Assembly: GCF_006345805.1 (NCBI RefSeq)
Contig: NC_043002.1
Coordinates: forward strand, 13,640,001 to 13,704,000
Reading direction: 5' to 3'
Source of the DNA: Octopus sinensis
Taxonomy: Eukaryota
Length of the DNA: 64,000 nt
This document shows positions 12,651 to 26,369 of the stretch, one piece after another. The translations under genes and the position numbers were made by a program. The notes below the pieces were generated by a model that was not told the origin of the DNA, did not search any database, and saw nothing but the letters and a program-made list of their open reading frames with translations. The first letter of the stretch is position 1, and every line of letters starts with the position of its first letter.

Positions 12651-13760
12651 ATATGCATGAATGGAAGCGCAATAAAACGGTCTTCAGACCAGATCCAAAA
12701 TTTGCTGATTACAGTTCTTCACTTCTGCCCTCCTTCAACCTACAAGTATATACGTTTTATGGTTATATCGGTGAAAGTTTTTGTATATCGCAGAAGAGAA
12801 ACTATGGCCGTTGAAAATGTGATTGAAGCCACCGTTAATGACATACTATCCAGGCTGGAGAATCTGCTGATTTAATAATATTTTTTAACAATTGGTTGCC
12901 CAGCGCTAACCAACACCTACAAAATGTCTCTGTTAATCCAAATAAAATACAACTTTCAACCAAAGTCTATTCGAATTGTTTCAAATTTTGGCGCAAACCA
13001 GCAACGTTTAGAGACAGGTTTAAGTTGATTACAATGACCCACACTACTCAGCTGCAACTTAGTTTATAGATGCCAAAAGAATGAAAGGTGATGTAGATCT
13101 CCGCGAGATTTGAACTCAAAATGTGCATACCCAGAACAAATGTTACTAAGCATTTTGTCATATGCGCTAACGACTCTTCTAGCTTACAGAAGTTACAATC
13201 TCATAAATATACTCAATAACAAACAAAGAATTGCTTCTGAATTCATAAAATATAATTTGAAAGCAGTAAATGTGATATTTATTAATCTTTATTGATGTTC
13301 CAGGAACCGCAGGCCAATCATAACGTCTAGATTTTCCACTGTTCCACGTTTGCAAAAAACGACTGAATTGCGCCTGTTAGAGCGTTATTGTGATTAAACT
13401 ATTGGAGCTTGATCTGGCTGCTAATTCTCCATTCAAGTTTCCAGTAAAATGTAAACCAGCCTATGACATACCTTCTAATGATTTAACTGGTTGTCTTCAG
13501 ACCTTTAGGTGCCACTGACATCTTCACGAAGCCACGAATTGCAAGCTTGAATATGTAAAGGAAAATGAGAAACCTCTTGGAAAGAAATCATTATTCCCCC
13601 GCGGAATATTTTGCAATGTCTACAAGTAGCCTGTAAAGTTCACTGATTTTCGATAATTGTTGCATGCATGGGGAGTTATTCTATTTAAAGGCAATGCGAA
13701 GTTTGACTTCAAATATCCAGACAAATGCAAGACTTCTTAAATGCCTGAACAACAATTATT
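12651..13760 (+). mobile_element. Decayed piggyBac (PGBD2/3-like) transposase
   Basis: Frameshifted pieces HEWKRNKTVFRPDPKF..., ENVIEATVNDILSRLENLLI, PFKFPVK...TGCLQTF, KENEKPLG, an FDN motif (~13648) and WELFYLKAMRSLTSNIQTNARLLKC occur in the order expected for piggyBac. Confidence 0.5.
13005..13185 (-). mobile_element. SINE family B, degraded
   Basis: gaaaggtgatgtagatctccgcgagatttgaactca resembles the reverse of the family-B head. Confidence 0.55.
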
Positions 13761-13958
13761 TCATTGCATTTAATTAAGCAATACACAACAGAAACTGATT
13801 GGTGGTTCTGTGTAAAGGAAGGCTTTCAAATATGGTATATACTGACATTGTTCATGCTGATTTAGTAATACACTACAAAAATGAGCAATAAATATTTGTA
13901 AGTGGTAATACGATATTTTAAAGTGCTATTGTAATAATAAATATAGACGAAGCTATTA

Positions 13959-14368
13959 GGCGCAGGAGTGGCTGTGTGGTAAGTAGCTTGTTTACCAACC
14001 ACATGGTTCCAGGTTCAGTCCCACTGCGTGGCACCTTGAGCAAGTGTCTTCTACTATAGCCTCGGGCCGACCAAAGCCTTGTGAGTGGATTTGGTAGACG
14101 GAAACTGAAAGAAGCCCGTCGTATATATGTATATATATATATGCGTGTGTGTGTTTGTGTGTCTGTGTTTGTCCCCCTAGCATTGCTTGACAACCGATGC
14201 TGGTGTGTTTATGTCCCCGTAACGTAGCGGTTCGGCAAAACATACCGATAGAATAAGTACTGGGCTTACAAAGAATAAGTCCCGGGGTCGAGTTGCTCGA
14301 TTAAAGGCGGTGCTCCAGCATGGCCGCAGTCAAATGACTGAAACAAGTAAAAGAGAGAGTAAAAGAGA
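13959..14368 (+). mobile_element. tRNA-derived SINE family A, full length
   Basis: Complete head-to-tail match. Confidence 0.93.
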
Positions 14369-14429
14369 AGCTGCTCAACCAAACGATAAAATTATGAAAA
14401 AATGTCTCGGAATTGTGATTATATTGAAA

Positions 14430-14970
14430 ATCATAGACTCGGTCGCGGAAGAGTAAAAATCTGTTCATCATCCCACAGAAGTTTGAAATCACTAAATATT
14501 ACCAATTCACCTCCTAACAGCATCAAAGTAGGAACTCCAGTGATAATTCCACCAAAACGTAGACCGCAGAAATGATCCCTGCAACTGTACTCTACATACT
14601 GTACTCAGCCTTACTAATATTCTACATGCGTTGTTGACGTTTGGAAGATGCTAATGATTCCCCGAGTTCCTCTTTAAACATCTCACATTGATTTATCATT
14701 TACTCTAAAAAACATAATTTCCTCAAATCCTGCTTTTGACATGCCGCTAAGTAAGGGTCAAGGACGAAGTGTAAAGAGATGTGGATTGTATCTTTCGATT
14801 GTAGTATTCAGACACGGACAATTATATGTTGCTATGAGCAGAGTGAGAGATCCAATAAACCTGATAATATTTGCAGATCAAAGAGAATCCAGCTGCAAAG
14901 CAGAAAATCACATCTTAATAATCAATACAGAATATTAACTAGGGACGTTGTTTTCAGAGAAGTCATCTAA
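14430..14970 (+). mobile_element. Helitron Pif1-helicase C-terminal remnant
   Basis: LNITNSPPN-SIKVGTPVI, SKGQGRSVKRCGLYL...VFRHGQLYVAMSRVR (Pif1 motifs V/VI) and terminal TRDVVFREVI*. Confidence 0.8.
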
Positions 14971-15184
14971 TTAAATGAGAATATTAAAGAATCTATAAGC
15001 TGAATTTGCAGAGTATGGACATAAAATATTTGAAAAAGTAGTCAATATTAAAACATTGAGACGCTACGGAGAAAGTCAACCTAGATTTCAATAATTTACC
15101 CAAGGTTATCTGCTTTTCTACGTGAACTGAACACGTTTTGTATTAAGAAAGTATTTTAAATGGTCAAACGATATATGATAGGTG

Positions 15185-15574
15185 CTAGCATAGCTGCGTG
15201 GTTCAGAAGCTTACTTTGCTACCGCTGAGATTGGGTTTGAGTTCTATGCACGGCAATTTGGAAAAAATGTCTCTTCTGTTAGGCTATCGGGCCAATCTGT
15301 GCCATATTGCTTGTGAATCAATTGAAACTACGTGGAAGCCTGTCTTGTGTGTCTGTGGGTGTTTGATTATTGTGTATACATACATACATACATACATACA
15401 ATCATGCATGCACACACACATATACATATGTTATATCTATGTGTGTGTGTATGTATGGTTGTGTCTGTCATACCCCACTGCCCCAGCCTGACTAACACTT
15501 TGTGATTAAGTTTGGTAGGTGTTTGAAACTACATGAAAGCATATCGAATATATATATACGTATACACACATACA

Positions 15575-15633
<59 letters not shown>

Positions 15634-15821
15634 CTAATGTATATATAACTAATATATATATATATATATACACATACATACATATATATATATATTTATA
15701 TATATAACTAATGTATATATAACTAATATATATATATATATATACATACATAATACATACATATATAATATTTATCGACAGATAGATATGTGTGTGTCTG
15801 CACGCGCGAGTGTGTACATAT

Positions 15822-15893
<72 letters not shown>

Positions 15894-16232
15894 CACATGT
15901 GTATATACAAAGTGAGAGAGATAGTGACAGAGAGATAAACAGAGAGAGAAAGAGAGATGCATGTATGTGATTGTCTGTGTGTCACTCTATGTATGTATAT
16001 ATGCCTGTGCGTGTCTTTGCGTTAGTACTTCTCTCCCACATTAACACTCGACAACTGGTATATGTTTGTTTACGTCTCCATAGCTTTTAAATGCTTCGTC
16101 AAAAGAGAATGGTTGATTAAATTACAAACATCGAAAAATAAGTAATGGGTTTGGTATGTCCGACTGAGACACTTAAAGGCGGTGTCTTAGCATGGCAACA
16201 GTCCAATGACTGAATCAGTAACAAGTAAAAGG
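15185..16232 (+). mobile_element. Old SINE family A copy split by a large (TA)/(CA) expansion
   Basis: Degraded head at 15185-15350 and tail aaggcggtgtcttagcatggcaacagtccaatgactgaa at ~16170-16215. Confidence 0.6.
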
Positions 16233-16395
16233 TATATATTCGTATAAATATTTCTTAAATATTTTCATATTGTATTTTTTTTAAATGTAAGAAAATAAAA
16301 ACAAGAAATCCGTCAATGTTTTCAAATGTTCTTATCAATTTTCATAAACTCTTTCAATGATATTTATTTGCTTATTTTTCTCAAATACATCACAG

Positions 16396-16478
16396 TGAAC
16401 AAGACGAACATAGCAATACGATTTTGGAAAATTCTCTCTGGGATTATAGAGGGAATAAATAAAAAAAAAACTGAATAA
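16396..16478 (+). CDS. Candidate terminal exon ((V)NKTNIAIRFWKILSGIIEGINKKKTE*)
   Basis: Pyrimidine-rich ...catcacag acceptor, phase-1 open frame to TAA, AATAAA just downstream. Confidence 0.2.
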
Positions 16479-17289
16479 AAATTAACTTATTTCAATAAAT
16501 ACACAAAATAAAATATAGGTTTTTTTTGTAGAAATTTATGTTTCGTAGAAATAAGAGATAAGTATACAGGATTTGTAGGTGAGCTTCTCTTCTTTAGCAA
16601 AACTCAAGAAGAAAACTAGATTTCTGAAATGAAAACTAGATTTAAGCCAAATAACGCTATTTTCATATTTCTTATTTAGAAATATGGGAAACAAGGCACA
16701 CACAGAAAAACACAAACGCAAAGACGCTTACACGCACATACACACATACACACACATACACGCACTCACACATATCCTCAAACACACATACCATCAAACA
16801 CTTGAACATACAGACACGCAGACGTCCATATTTAAATACTAAGCATAAGAAATACACAGTTACACATACATCCATATACATATATACACATCTTAATATG
16901 ACATACTTGGCAACAATTCTTATAACAATATATCAATATATAACATAACAAGTATATATATATATATATTATATAATATATATACATATTATATAATATA
17001 TATACATTTAAATGCAGGCATTTATGTGTGTTACAGATAACGAAATTTAGATGATTTGCTAAAGTGGGGTTCATTTACTGTGGTCGAACAAGTTGCGAGG
17101 TAAATGTTGTGAGAAGCTAAATCAATACAGAAGAGCTGAAGTGTTCAGCGCACGTGACGTTTATTTAACACTACTTCAAAAACTTCAAAGTACTACAGTT
17201 TTTCTGATTTATATACGTTTAAATGCATATATGAAAATACGAGTATCTCTCTGGTTATATAAATACTTATAAGTATATAAACACACACA

Positions 17290-17299
17290 CACGTACACA

Positions 17300-17395
<96 letters not shown>

Positions 17396-17529
17396 CACAG
17401 AAAATTGAGAATAATTATGCATATATATATATAAATATATGTACATATATACAAATATATATATATATGTACACACAGAGGCGCTGAAACACACATGTAT
17501 TATATATATATATATATTATATATATATA

Positions 17530-17592
<63 letters not shown>

Positions 17593-17630
17593 TATGTATA
17601 TATATGGTATGTATTTATGTATGTATGTAT
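17290..17630. repeat. (TA)n microsatellite field
   Basis: Visible tandem repeat. Confidence 0.95.
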
Positions 17631-17940
17631 TCTTAAACGTTATTGATTCGCAGTGACAAATAGTTTAAGGAAATAAGTTTCGAAATCTACTTTAAGCTAA
17701 AAATTTTTAATCGACATGGAGAAAAATCAAGTTTGATGGGTTTTCTTTTTATTGCTTCTTGTCCTCTTAAATTTAGATGAATCTTTACAAATAGATATTT
17801 AAAGAAATAGGAAAAAAAATAAGGACAAAGTAACATTAAGAAAATACTTAGTCAACACACACATGCACACATATAGTCAATGTATACATGTATGTATATA
17901 TATATGTATACTTAGCCAATATATATATCTTACTCTCTTA

Positions 17941-17971
<31 letters not shown>

Positions 17972-18299
17972 CATATATATAAGTGTGTGTGTGTGTGTAT
18001 GCATGTAGTTATGTGCAGGACAATGTTCTTACGTCACCTGCAGTAATTTGTAAGTCTAGCTAAATTTTACATCTATAAACAAAGTTTTATGCTTGAAAAG
18101 TAGAGAAAAATATTATATTTGGTTTGTGCATAAATTTGCTTATTTTATTTTTATTGGTTTCCATCATGTTTTTATTTTGTTTTTTGTTTTCTCGTCTTGC
18201 TGTTCAGTATTTTAAAATTTACTGACATTTTCCATTAGAAGTGATGTGTACTAATGTATTTAGCATTAATAGAAGAATGTGGTGAAAAGTCAAAGCAAA

Positions 18300-19070
18300 T
18301 ACAGAATTTTAGTGAAAGTATTGTGGCGTTTCTGATCTTTAAAATTTTGAGGACAACGAACGGAAGCGAGTGGTATGGAAGACATTGATCAAATAGACAT
18401 TAGCGTAGAGGTTGAATAACTAAGAGGATTAAGTGTAGGACTTTAAGCTGCTGACTTGATGTTCTTTTGCATGGCTGTAGTCATTGTTGTTGATGCTGTT
18501 CGTCTCCTGCAGCTACGTTTTGTTTGTGCATAACTATGCTGAATGTTGCTCCGGTCATGACTTTGTCCATACTTTCAAGCAATTCGTATCTAAGATTACA
18601 TAATTCAATGCAGCTTTTATTTTTCCAGATGATTATATGTAAGTCTAGGGTTGACGTAGCTGCCATTTTTAGCAAGAAACAATCTCGAATATAATAAAGG
18701 AGCTTATTTGTGATCGACCACGTGAAATGCTTTCTAGTAAACTTGGAAGATATATAACTGTGAAAATAGCTGCATTAGAAACAAGTGCACAGTACCGCAG
18801 TCTACGATTTGGAATAGGTTTAATTGGTGTTTTAGATCAGTTGAACACCAATCACAGTGTGCCATAGAAACAGTATGCCATACTTTCACGGCCATTGGTG
18901 TGGGCTTAATAAAAGACAGGATAATTGCTTCTTCGTGTAACTAATCTTTTGTCATATTTTCTCAAATACCACCATGATTTCGAACGGTGCATTCTATGGT
19001 CTTGCTGTTGCAACGGTATCAGAAGGCTGTTTTTTCTTTTTGTCGCACACTGTTTCACTTATAGAATCTT
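18300..19070 (-). mobile_element. Highly decayed Ty3/Gypsy pol remnant (RNase H to integrase linker)
   Basis: Minus-strand pieces ARP*NAPFEIM, RLRYCAL..AAIFTV..LLE, AFHVVDHK*APL, AKNGSYVNPR and PFV/PQNF follow the Gypsy RT-RNH order. Confidence 0.45.
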
Positions 19071-19319
19071 CCATTGTAAAATGCGAATACTGGAGCCATT
19101 AAAGTAGATCCCTCGTAAAAATAGAAAGTAAATGCAGAGGCAGATCCATGTGTATTTAATAGCGATGCAGAATTAGTCACACATGGGCACTTGTCGACAG
19201 CATGCAAAGGCGACCCCACCAAAAGAAAAACCTACTTCAGTCTGCTGTGAGCAATGAAGTCAGGGATTAACCTGACTTCATGGTGTATAGACAATTAAGT
19301 TTACAGAACACCCTTCCTC

Positions 19320-20531
19320 TCACTGATGATGATGATGATGATAAATGTGGTGGTGATGGTAGTGGTGGTAGTGGTGGTAGTGGTTGTAGTGTAGTGGTAG
19401 ATGGCGGTGATGATGATAATGATGATTATGATGATATGGAGAAGAATGATAACGATGGCAACGATGACGATGACGATGTGGAGTTGGAAGAAGAAGAAGA
19501 AGAAGAAGAAGAAGAAGAAGAAGAAGAAGAAGAAGAAGAAGAAGAAGAAGAAGAAGAGAAGAAGAAGAGAAGCAGAAGAAGAAGAAGAAGAAGAAGAAGA
19601 AGAAGAAGAAGAAGAAGAAGAAGAAGAAGAAGAAGAGGTGGAGGTGGAAGAGGACCGTAATGTAAGACCGAAATTCATTGCGTCGTTCGACCATGTATGT
19701 TTCCTGGGTGATGAAAACGAAAGAAGCCATTGTCCTCCATCGTTCAAGCCAACAACATGAACATCTTCATCGTCGTTTATCTCATTCGCTTTCTCCTTCC
19801 ATCTCCTCCTTCTCATTCTTCTTCTCCAACTCCTTCTCCTGCTCATTATAATTACAATCATCATTTTCATCGTGCACCTGGTCATTAGGTTCACCGTCAT
19901 TTCCTCCTCCTTCTCCACCTTTTCACTACAATCATCATAACGATCAGCATCACAATCACTATCGTCCTCGTTATCATTAACAAAATCATCATCGACGTCG
20001 TCGCCCTCCTCCTCCACGTCCTGCTCTTCTTCTTCTTCTTCTTCTTCTTCTTCTTCTTCTTCTTCTTCTTCTTTTCTTCTTCTTCTTCTTCTTCTTCTTC
20101 TTCTCCTCTTCTTGTTGTTCTTCTTGTTCTTGTTCTTCTTCTTGTTCTTGTTCTTGTTCTTCTACCTCTTCCTCCTCTTCCAACTCCACATCATCATCGT
20201 GATTGTCGTCATAGTTGTCGTTATCCTCATCCTGCTCCCCTCTTCCTCCTCATCATCATGATCATGACGAGGATGATCATCATCACCGCCACCATACCAC
20301 CACTACCCCCGCACCGCCACCATCATCGTCACCACCATCACCATCACCATCACCATTCATCATCATCACCATCTTTGTGATCACAACCCTCATCATCACA
20401 ATCGTCACCACAACCATCACGATGAACACAGCGCCACCATGGCCACACACAACCTCATGAGCACCACAACAACCACCAATCATCATCATCACCACCACCA
20501 CCACACCACCACCACCACCACCACCACCACC

Positions 20532-20583
<52 letters not shown>

Positions 20584-20860
20584 CCAGGACCATCAAAATG
20601 ACCACAGCGCCACCATGACCACACACAAACACATCACCACTATCACAACCACCAATCATCACCATCACCACCACCATCATCATCATCATCATCATCACCA
20701 TCATCACCATCACCATCATCATCATCATCATCATCATCATCATAATCATCATCATCATCATCATTATCATCATCATCATCATCATTACCACCACCATCAT
20801 CATCATCATCATCATCAACTGCCTCATCTGCAGCTCTGGCGTCATCATCATTATCGACGA
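19320..20860. repeat. Compound trinucleotide tract (GAT/GGT/GAA, then TCT/CAC/CAT)
   Basis: Visible repeats; includes an inverted pair and a ~175-bp internal duplication (20424 vs 20597). Confidence 0.9.
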
Positions 20861-21429
20861 CATAGTTGTCAGTGTTTGTTCATATGAATTATCGCTGATT
20901 AACTGAATAACAGTTGTGTTTTTTTTTTTCTTTTTTCTTGCTCTTTTTTTTTCCTTTTAAACACTGAAGATCTTGTAAGACATTTTCAAATAACATTTGA
21001 TGCACTTATTTTGCTGATTTTTTTTTCTGTTCATTTTATTTTCATGTAATATTTCACCATATCAGATTGAAAGTAAATCTCTGTGATAATTCATTTCAGT
21101 TAACATTTTGATTTTTATTTAAATGGTTTTAAAGAAATTGATGATACGATTGATGGATGATACGATAAAAAATAATACACATACAAGCATGCATGCATAC
21201 ACACATGAACAAATACATACATCTATACACAAACACACAGACATACATACATAACATTCATACACATATATATATATATATATACATACACGCATATATA
21301 GAAAGTGTGAGTATATACCTACACACACATACGCACAAATGTTCACGATAACTGATGGAAAAGAAAAATAAATTAAATAAACAAGAAATCGCAAGATTCG
21401 TGATGCAAAGACCGTGCATGTTAATAGAT

Positions 21430-21558
21430 TAGTACTACTAGTAGTGATGGTGGTGGTGGTAGTAGTAGTAGTGGCGGTGGTGGTGGTGGTGGTGGTAGCA
21501 GTAGATATTAGTACTAGTGGTAGTAGTAGTTGCAGTAACAGTATAACTAATAATATTA

Positions 21559-21629
<71 letters not shown>

Positions 21630-21746
21630 AATAGATGATAATAATAATAATAGATGATAACAATAATAATAGATGATAATACTAATAATAATAATGATAA
21701 TAATAAAATAATAATAATAATAATAATAACGATAATAATAATAATG

Positions 21747-21794
<48 letters not shown>

Positions 21795-21817
21795 TAATAA
21801 TAATAACGATAATAATG

Positions 21818-21885
<68 letters not shown>

Positions 21886-22031
21886 GATAATAATGATAAT
21901 AATAAATAATAATAATAATAATAATAATAACGATAATAATAATAATGATAATAATAATATAATATAATAATAATAATAATAATAATATAATAATAATAAT
22001 AATAACGATAATAATAATAATAATAATAATA

Positions 22032-22080
<49 letters not shown>

Positions 22081-22162
22081 GATAATAATAATAATATATA
22101 ATAATAATAATAATAAATAATAATAATAATAATAATAATATAATAATAATAATAATAATACT
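21430..22162. repeat. (GTG/GTA)n, (GAT)n and long (TAA)n microsatellite
   Basis: Visible tandem repeats. Confidence 0.95.
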
Positions 22163-22163
22163 A

Positions 22164-23218
22164 ATAGGTTGCTCCGAAGATAATGGCCGATTTCAGAAAC
22201 ATAATTTTATTCTAGAAAAATTAACAATAGAAATGTTTTGATTAGTCAAAGTATGAGCCGTGAACCTCTATGCACCTCTGCCATCGATCAAGGGGATTAT
22301 TTATGCCTCGTTGATTAAAACTTATTGGCTTTGATGCTAAGAAATCTTTGAAAGCTGATTCCACCTCTGGTTTGGATCTAAAAGTTTTATCACTTGAAAA
22401 CGAGTTTAAATGCTTTAAAAAATGGTAGTTAGTGAGTGAAAGATAAGGAGAATGTGGAGGATGTGGTAGTCTCGTATCCAAATCTGTGAGCTTCTGCAGA
22501 GTCATTCTTGCAACATGTGGCTTTGCATTATCGTGGAGCAGAATTGGACCACGTCGATTCTACAATCCAGGTATCAATTTTTACATGTGAGCATGCATTT
22601 CAGCGAGTTGATCGCAGTAAACCTCTGCTGCAATGCTTTGATTGGCTTCCAGAAATCTGTGATGGACAACACCAAATGCAGATCACCTGGCAGTCACTAT
22701 AATCTTTTGCTGATGCTACCTTGGCTTTGGAAACTGTTTGGGGGGACTCATCACGATCCAGCCATTGACCTGATCGTTTACGGTTATCATGAGAATCCAC
22801 TTTTTGTCACAAGTGATGATTCGGTCAAGAAAAGGATCATTGGTGTTTCCAGAAAGTGCATCGATCACACTTCAAAACGCCGAACTTTTTGATTTTCATT
22901 GAGCTCATGCGGTACCCATTTATCGAGCTTTTTCAACTTGCCAATCTTCAGAAGATTGCGTGAGACCGTTGCAATACCGACACCAAGTGCCGGAGACATT
23001 TCTGTGATACTTTGACGTGGGTTTTGTTCAACCATTGCTTTCAATTGTTCATTGTGAAGACCGCATGACCGTCCTCTACCTTCTTCATCTTCAAGGCTCT
23101 CATCCCATCTTCGGAATTTCTGAAACTACCTTCGTATTGTGCGATGACTTGTGGACCCTTCTCCCCATGCTGTGTTGACATTGGCAGCAATTTGGGAGGC
23201 ATTGTACCCAAGCTTTAA
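22164..23218 (-). mobile_element. mariner (DD34D) transposon remnant
   Basis: YDNRKRSGQWLD-like segment and LPHPPHSPYLSLTNYHFLKHL...RWQRCIEVHGSYFD*. Confidence 0.88.
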
Positions 23219-23219
23219 C

Positions 23220-24600
23220 TAATGCAAGAAAGGAGAAGGATTTGGGACCAACCTGTTGAACATAATGATGAAGCGGAGTGGCTGCAGGAAATCGAAGATT
23301 GGTAAAGAAATACAGAAGTCCAAGAAAACATAAATATAACTACAGAAATGATAAAACAGCAATTAAAAAAATTCCAAAATATGAAGAGCCGAGGACCGGA
23401 TGGGGTCCAAGGTTACTGGATGAAGAATCTGAGAAGGATAGCACAGCAGCTAGATGAGTGCTTGCAGAAAGACACAGTACCCAGCTGGATGACCAAGGGG
23501 AAAACATTGTTATGTGCCAAGGATCCTGAAACGGGAAATGCTGCACCCGACTTTAGACCAATGAAACGTCTTCCACTAACGTGGAAACTAATGTGAGGTG
23601 CTTTGACCGGTTAACTGTACACGTACTTGGAAAAAAGTGGGCTGCTACCCATTGAACAGAAAGAGTGCTGAAAAAAGAGCCGGGGAACGAAGGACCAGCC
23701 CTTAATTGATCATCTAATTATTAGGAACTGCAAGAGAAGGCAAACTTGTCCATGGCATGGGTTGATTATCGCAAAACAAACGTTATGAGACTACATTCCT
23801 GGATAATAAGAACAATGAAAATGTATGGCGTAGCAGAAAATTTGAGAAGCCTTATCCAGAATAACATGAAATGCTGGAGAACAGAATTCACAGCAGGGAA
23901 AAAGGTACTAGGAGAGGTGAATATCAAGAGAGGAATCTTTCAGGGGAACAGTATGTCCCCACTGATATTCGTGCTGAGAATGATCCCCTTTAGTTACATA
24001 ATACAGAAAATAAAGTTGGGGTATGATCTGGGAAACTGTAAGGGAAAACTAAACCACTTGCTATTCAGGGACGACCTGAAGCTATTCCCAAAAACTGACG
24101 CAGAACTAGACAGCTTAGTCCAGACTCTGCAGATTTTCTCCAATGATATTAAGATGATGTTTGGACTCTCAGAATGTGCTACTTTCAGAATGTGAGGCGA
24201 GGAAAGCTTGCCAGGACAGAAGGAATATAGCTGCCAAGTGGTGAAATGATGAAGGCAACTCAACCTCAATCCATCTATAACTACCTGCGAATACTTTAGG
24301 CAAATGGAATCAAATATAACGACATGAAGGAAAAGACAAAAGGAGAATACCTGTGACAAGTGAGAAAAATACTGACTTCAAAGCTAAATACACCCCTCAT
24401 TCGTGAGTGAAAATGATAAGCAAAATAGGTGATGATAACGGTGTGAACGGGATTAGAACCAAAGATGAAGGTGCCCCACTTTGCAGCAGGGTGGGTCCGG
24501 TCGTAATCCAGCAACTGCTAGCCATGCTACAAGACATAAGTAGAATAGACAAGTAAACATGATGGTTATGGAGTGTTACTACCAGATCACAGCAGTGGAT
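23220..24600 (+). mobile_element. R4/Dong-clade non-LTR retrotransposon, decayed RT
   Basis: GPDGVQGYW, PSWMTKGKT, SMAWVDYRK, RGIFQGNSMSPLIF, LNHLLFRDDLKLF. Confidence 0.82.
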
Positions 24601-26190
24601 GCGAATGGCGTACCTGTCAAAGGGCGCAGTAAACGAATGTACAGTGAATGGAAGACAATGGAACAGTTCGAAATTACTGAACAGAGATTATATGACCCAG
24701 CAAGAGCAATACAAAAGAAAGGATGATTAACAGAATTGGAGGTAGAAGCTATTAAAAGAAGGGTATCGAGTGAGGATAGGCATGCGAGAAACAAAAGTAG
24801 TATAGTGGAAGAGATGGACAATTGTTCGCAGGAATATAACACCATGAATTGTAAAAGAATTGTGATCAGTGACTACTCAAATAATGAAGATCGATTAATA
24901 ATGGACATAATTTTGGCTCTGTTAAATGCAGAAGGGAGAGATTTTATGTGCGACTTTAAGAAGACTAACCAATGGAGACTAAATCAAGAGACGAGCAAAG
25001 TCAATAATGTATTGAGACACATTGAAACAAAGAATATCGCACAAACAAACAATCTTATCAAGGCTGCAAGCAGGATTGTGGCGGAAAGGATGGGATTGAG
25101 AACTACCGAGAATAGAACAGCGGCGGATAGAAGAGGAAATAAACAATCGTGGTGGAAAAGGAGAGTTTCTGAAGATATAAATTCCTTGAACAGTGTAGTG
25201 TCAATGTTTGTTAGGAAAAGAAATGGAGAACTTAAGAATGGTTAGTAATTCGAAAAAGTTAGAAAGAAGGCCTGGATGTTCTAATTGAAGAACTGAATCA
25301 GCACATACATGCAAAAAACAAAAAAGCTAACTACGTCTGAACAGCGGATTAAGCAATGCCAGTGACAAAAATTGTTTAGAACTGACCAATAAAGGTTTCA
25401 CCAATAGATTAATACCGATAAAACGCATGAAAGGTTAATCCCTGATGCTGATGAAAATCGACTTTTCTGGAGTAAGATATGGAGTAAGGAAGACTAACAT
25501 AATACTACAACTGAATAAGTCTGCAACCTGAAGTAAACAGCTTCTAATTCTTAGCAAGAAGTTATCTGCTTCGCAGAAGACAGTATCGGAAATATGATTA
25601 AAATGAAAAGCAATTGGAAAGCGGAAGGACCTGATGGTGTACAAGGATTTTGGATAAAAAAAAGTTCAGTAGGAGTTATAAATTGATTGCAACGCAATTT
25701 AATGCATTGGTCGATGGAGAAGAAGAAATCCCGGGCTGGTTGACAAAAGGACGAACGTAGTTGTGCTTGAAGGATGCATCAAAAGGAAATGCTGATGACA
25801 ATTACAGACCAATTTCATTACTTCCCATTAATGTGGAAGTTACTGTCAGGAGGAATTGCAGAAGAACTGTAAATTTCTTGATGAGAACAATATATTACCG
25901 CTGGAACAAAAAGGCTGTAGAAGGAGATGCAGAGGTACCAAAGATCACTTATTGATAGACAAAATTGTAATGCGAGATTGTAAATCTGGGAATGGCCTGG
26001 ATTGACCATCGCAAAGTTTATGATATGATTACACATTGGTGGATCATCGAGGGCTTAGATCTGTTTGGAATTCCGAGAAATGTAAGGTTTATCCTGAACG
26101 GAATAAGGTGAGATGAAAAACTGAACTGACATCTTACGGAAAAAAGATTGGCCACCCTCGATGTTAGAAGAGGGATATTCCAGGATGGTA
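24601..26190 (+). mobile_element. Second R4/Dong-clade fragment (N-terminal region to RT)
   Basis: [55 protein letters not shown]. Confidence 0.78.
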
Positions 26191-26369
26191 GCCCAAAAAG
26201 CGCAAATCTCCACCAAGGGAACACCAACGCCCTCTCAACGATTAGCCAGAGATGATGTTTAAAATGAGAATATCTGAAATAAACTCGACTTCTCCCACTA
26301 ACGAGTATACTATAAATGAACCTGACCGCTCTCAAAAATTAAGTAGAAAACCCCAGAAATATAATCCAG

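Noticed and set aside
12794-12875. Terminal exon RETMAVENVIEATVNDILSRLENLLI*
   Set aside because: Better explained as part of the piggyBac remnant, whose motifs flank it in order.
17051-17099. Exon DDLLKWGSFTVVEQVA
   Set aside because: The acceptor lacks a pyrimidine tract; no other support.
18629-18638. 10-nt micro-exon (ttttccag|ATGATTATAT|gtaagt)
   Set aside because: Good-looking signals, but antisense within a TE remnant; such a short match is expected by chance.
18481-18675. ORF MLKMAATSTLDLH... as a host exon
   Set aside because: It lies within a frameshifted Gypsy-like pol remnant and has no convincing splice sites.
19280-20887. Poly-Glu/Asp/His/Met ORFs resembling acidic or His-rich proteins
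   Set aside because: Trinucleotide repeats are open in several frames on both strands, with no splice or domain support.
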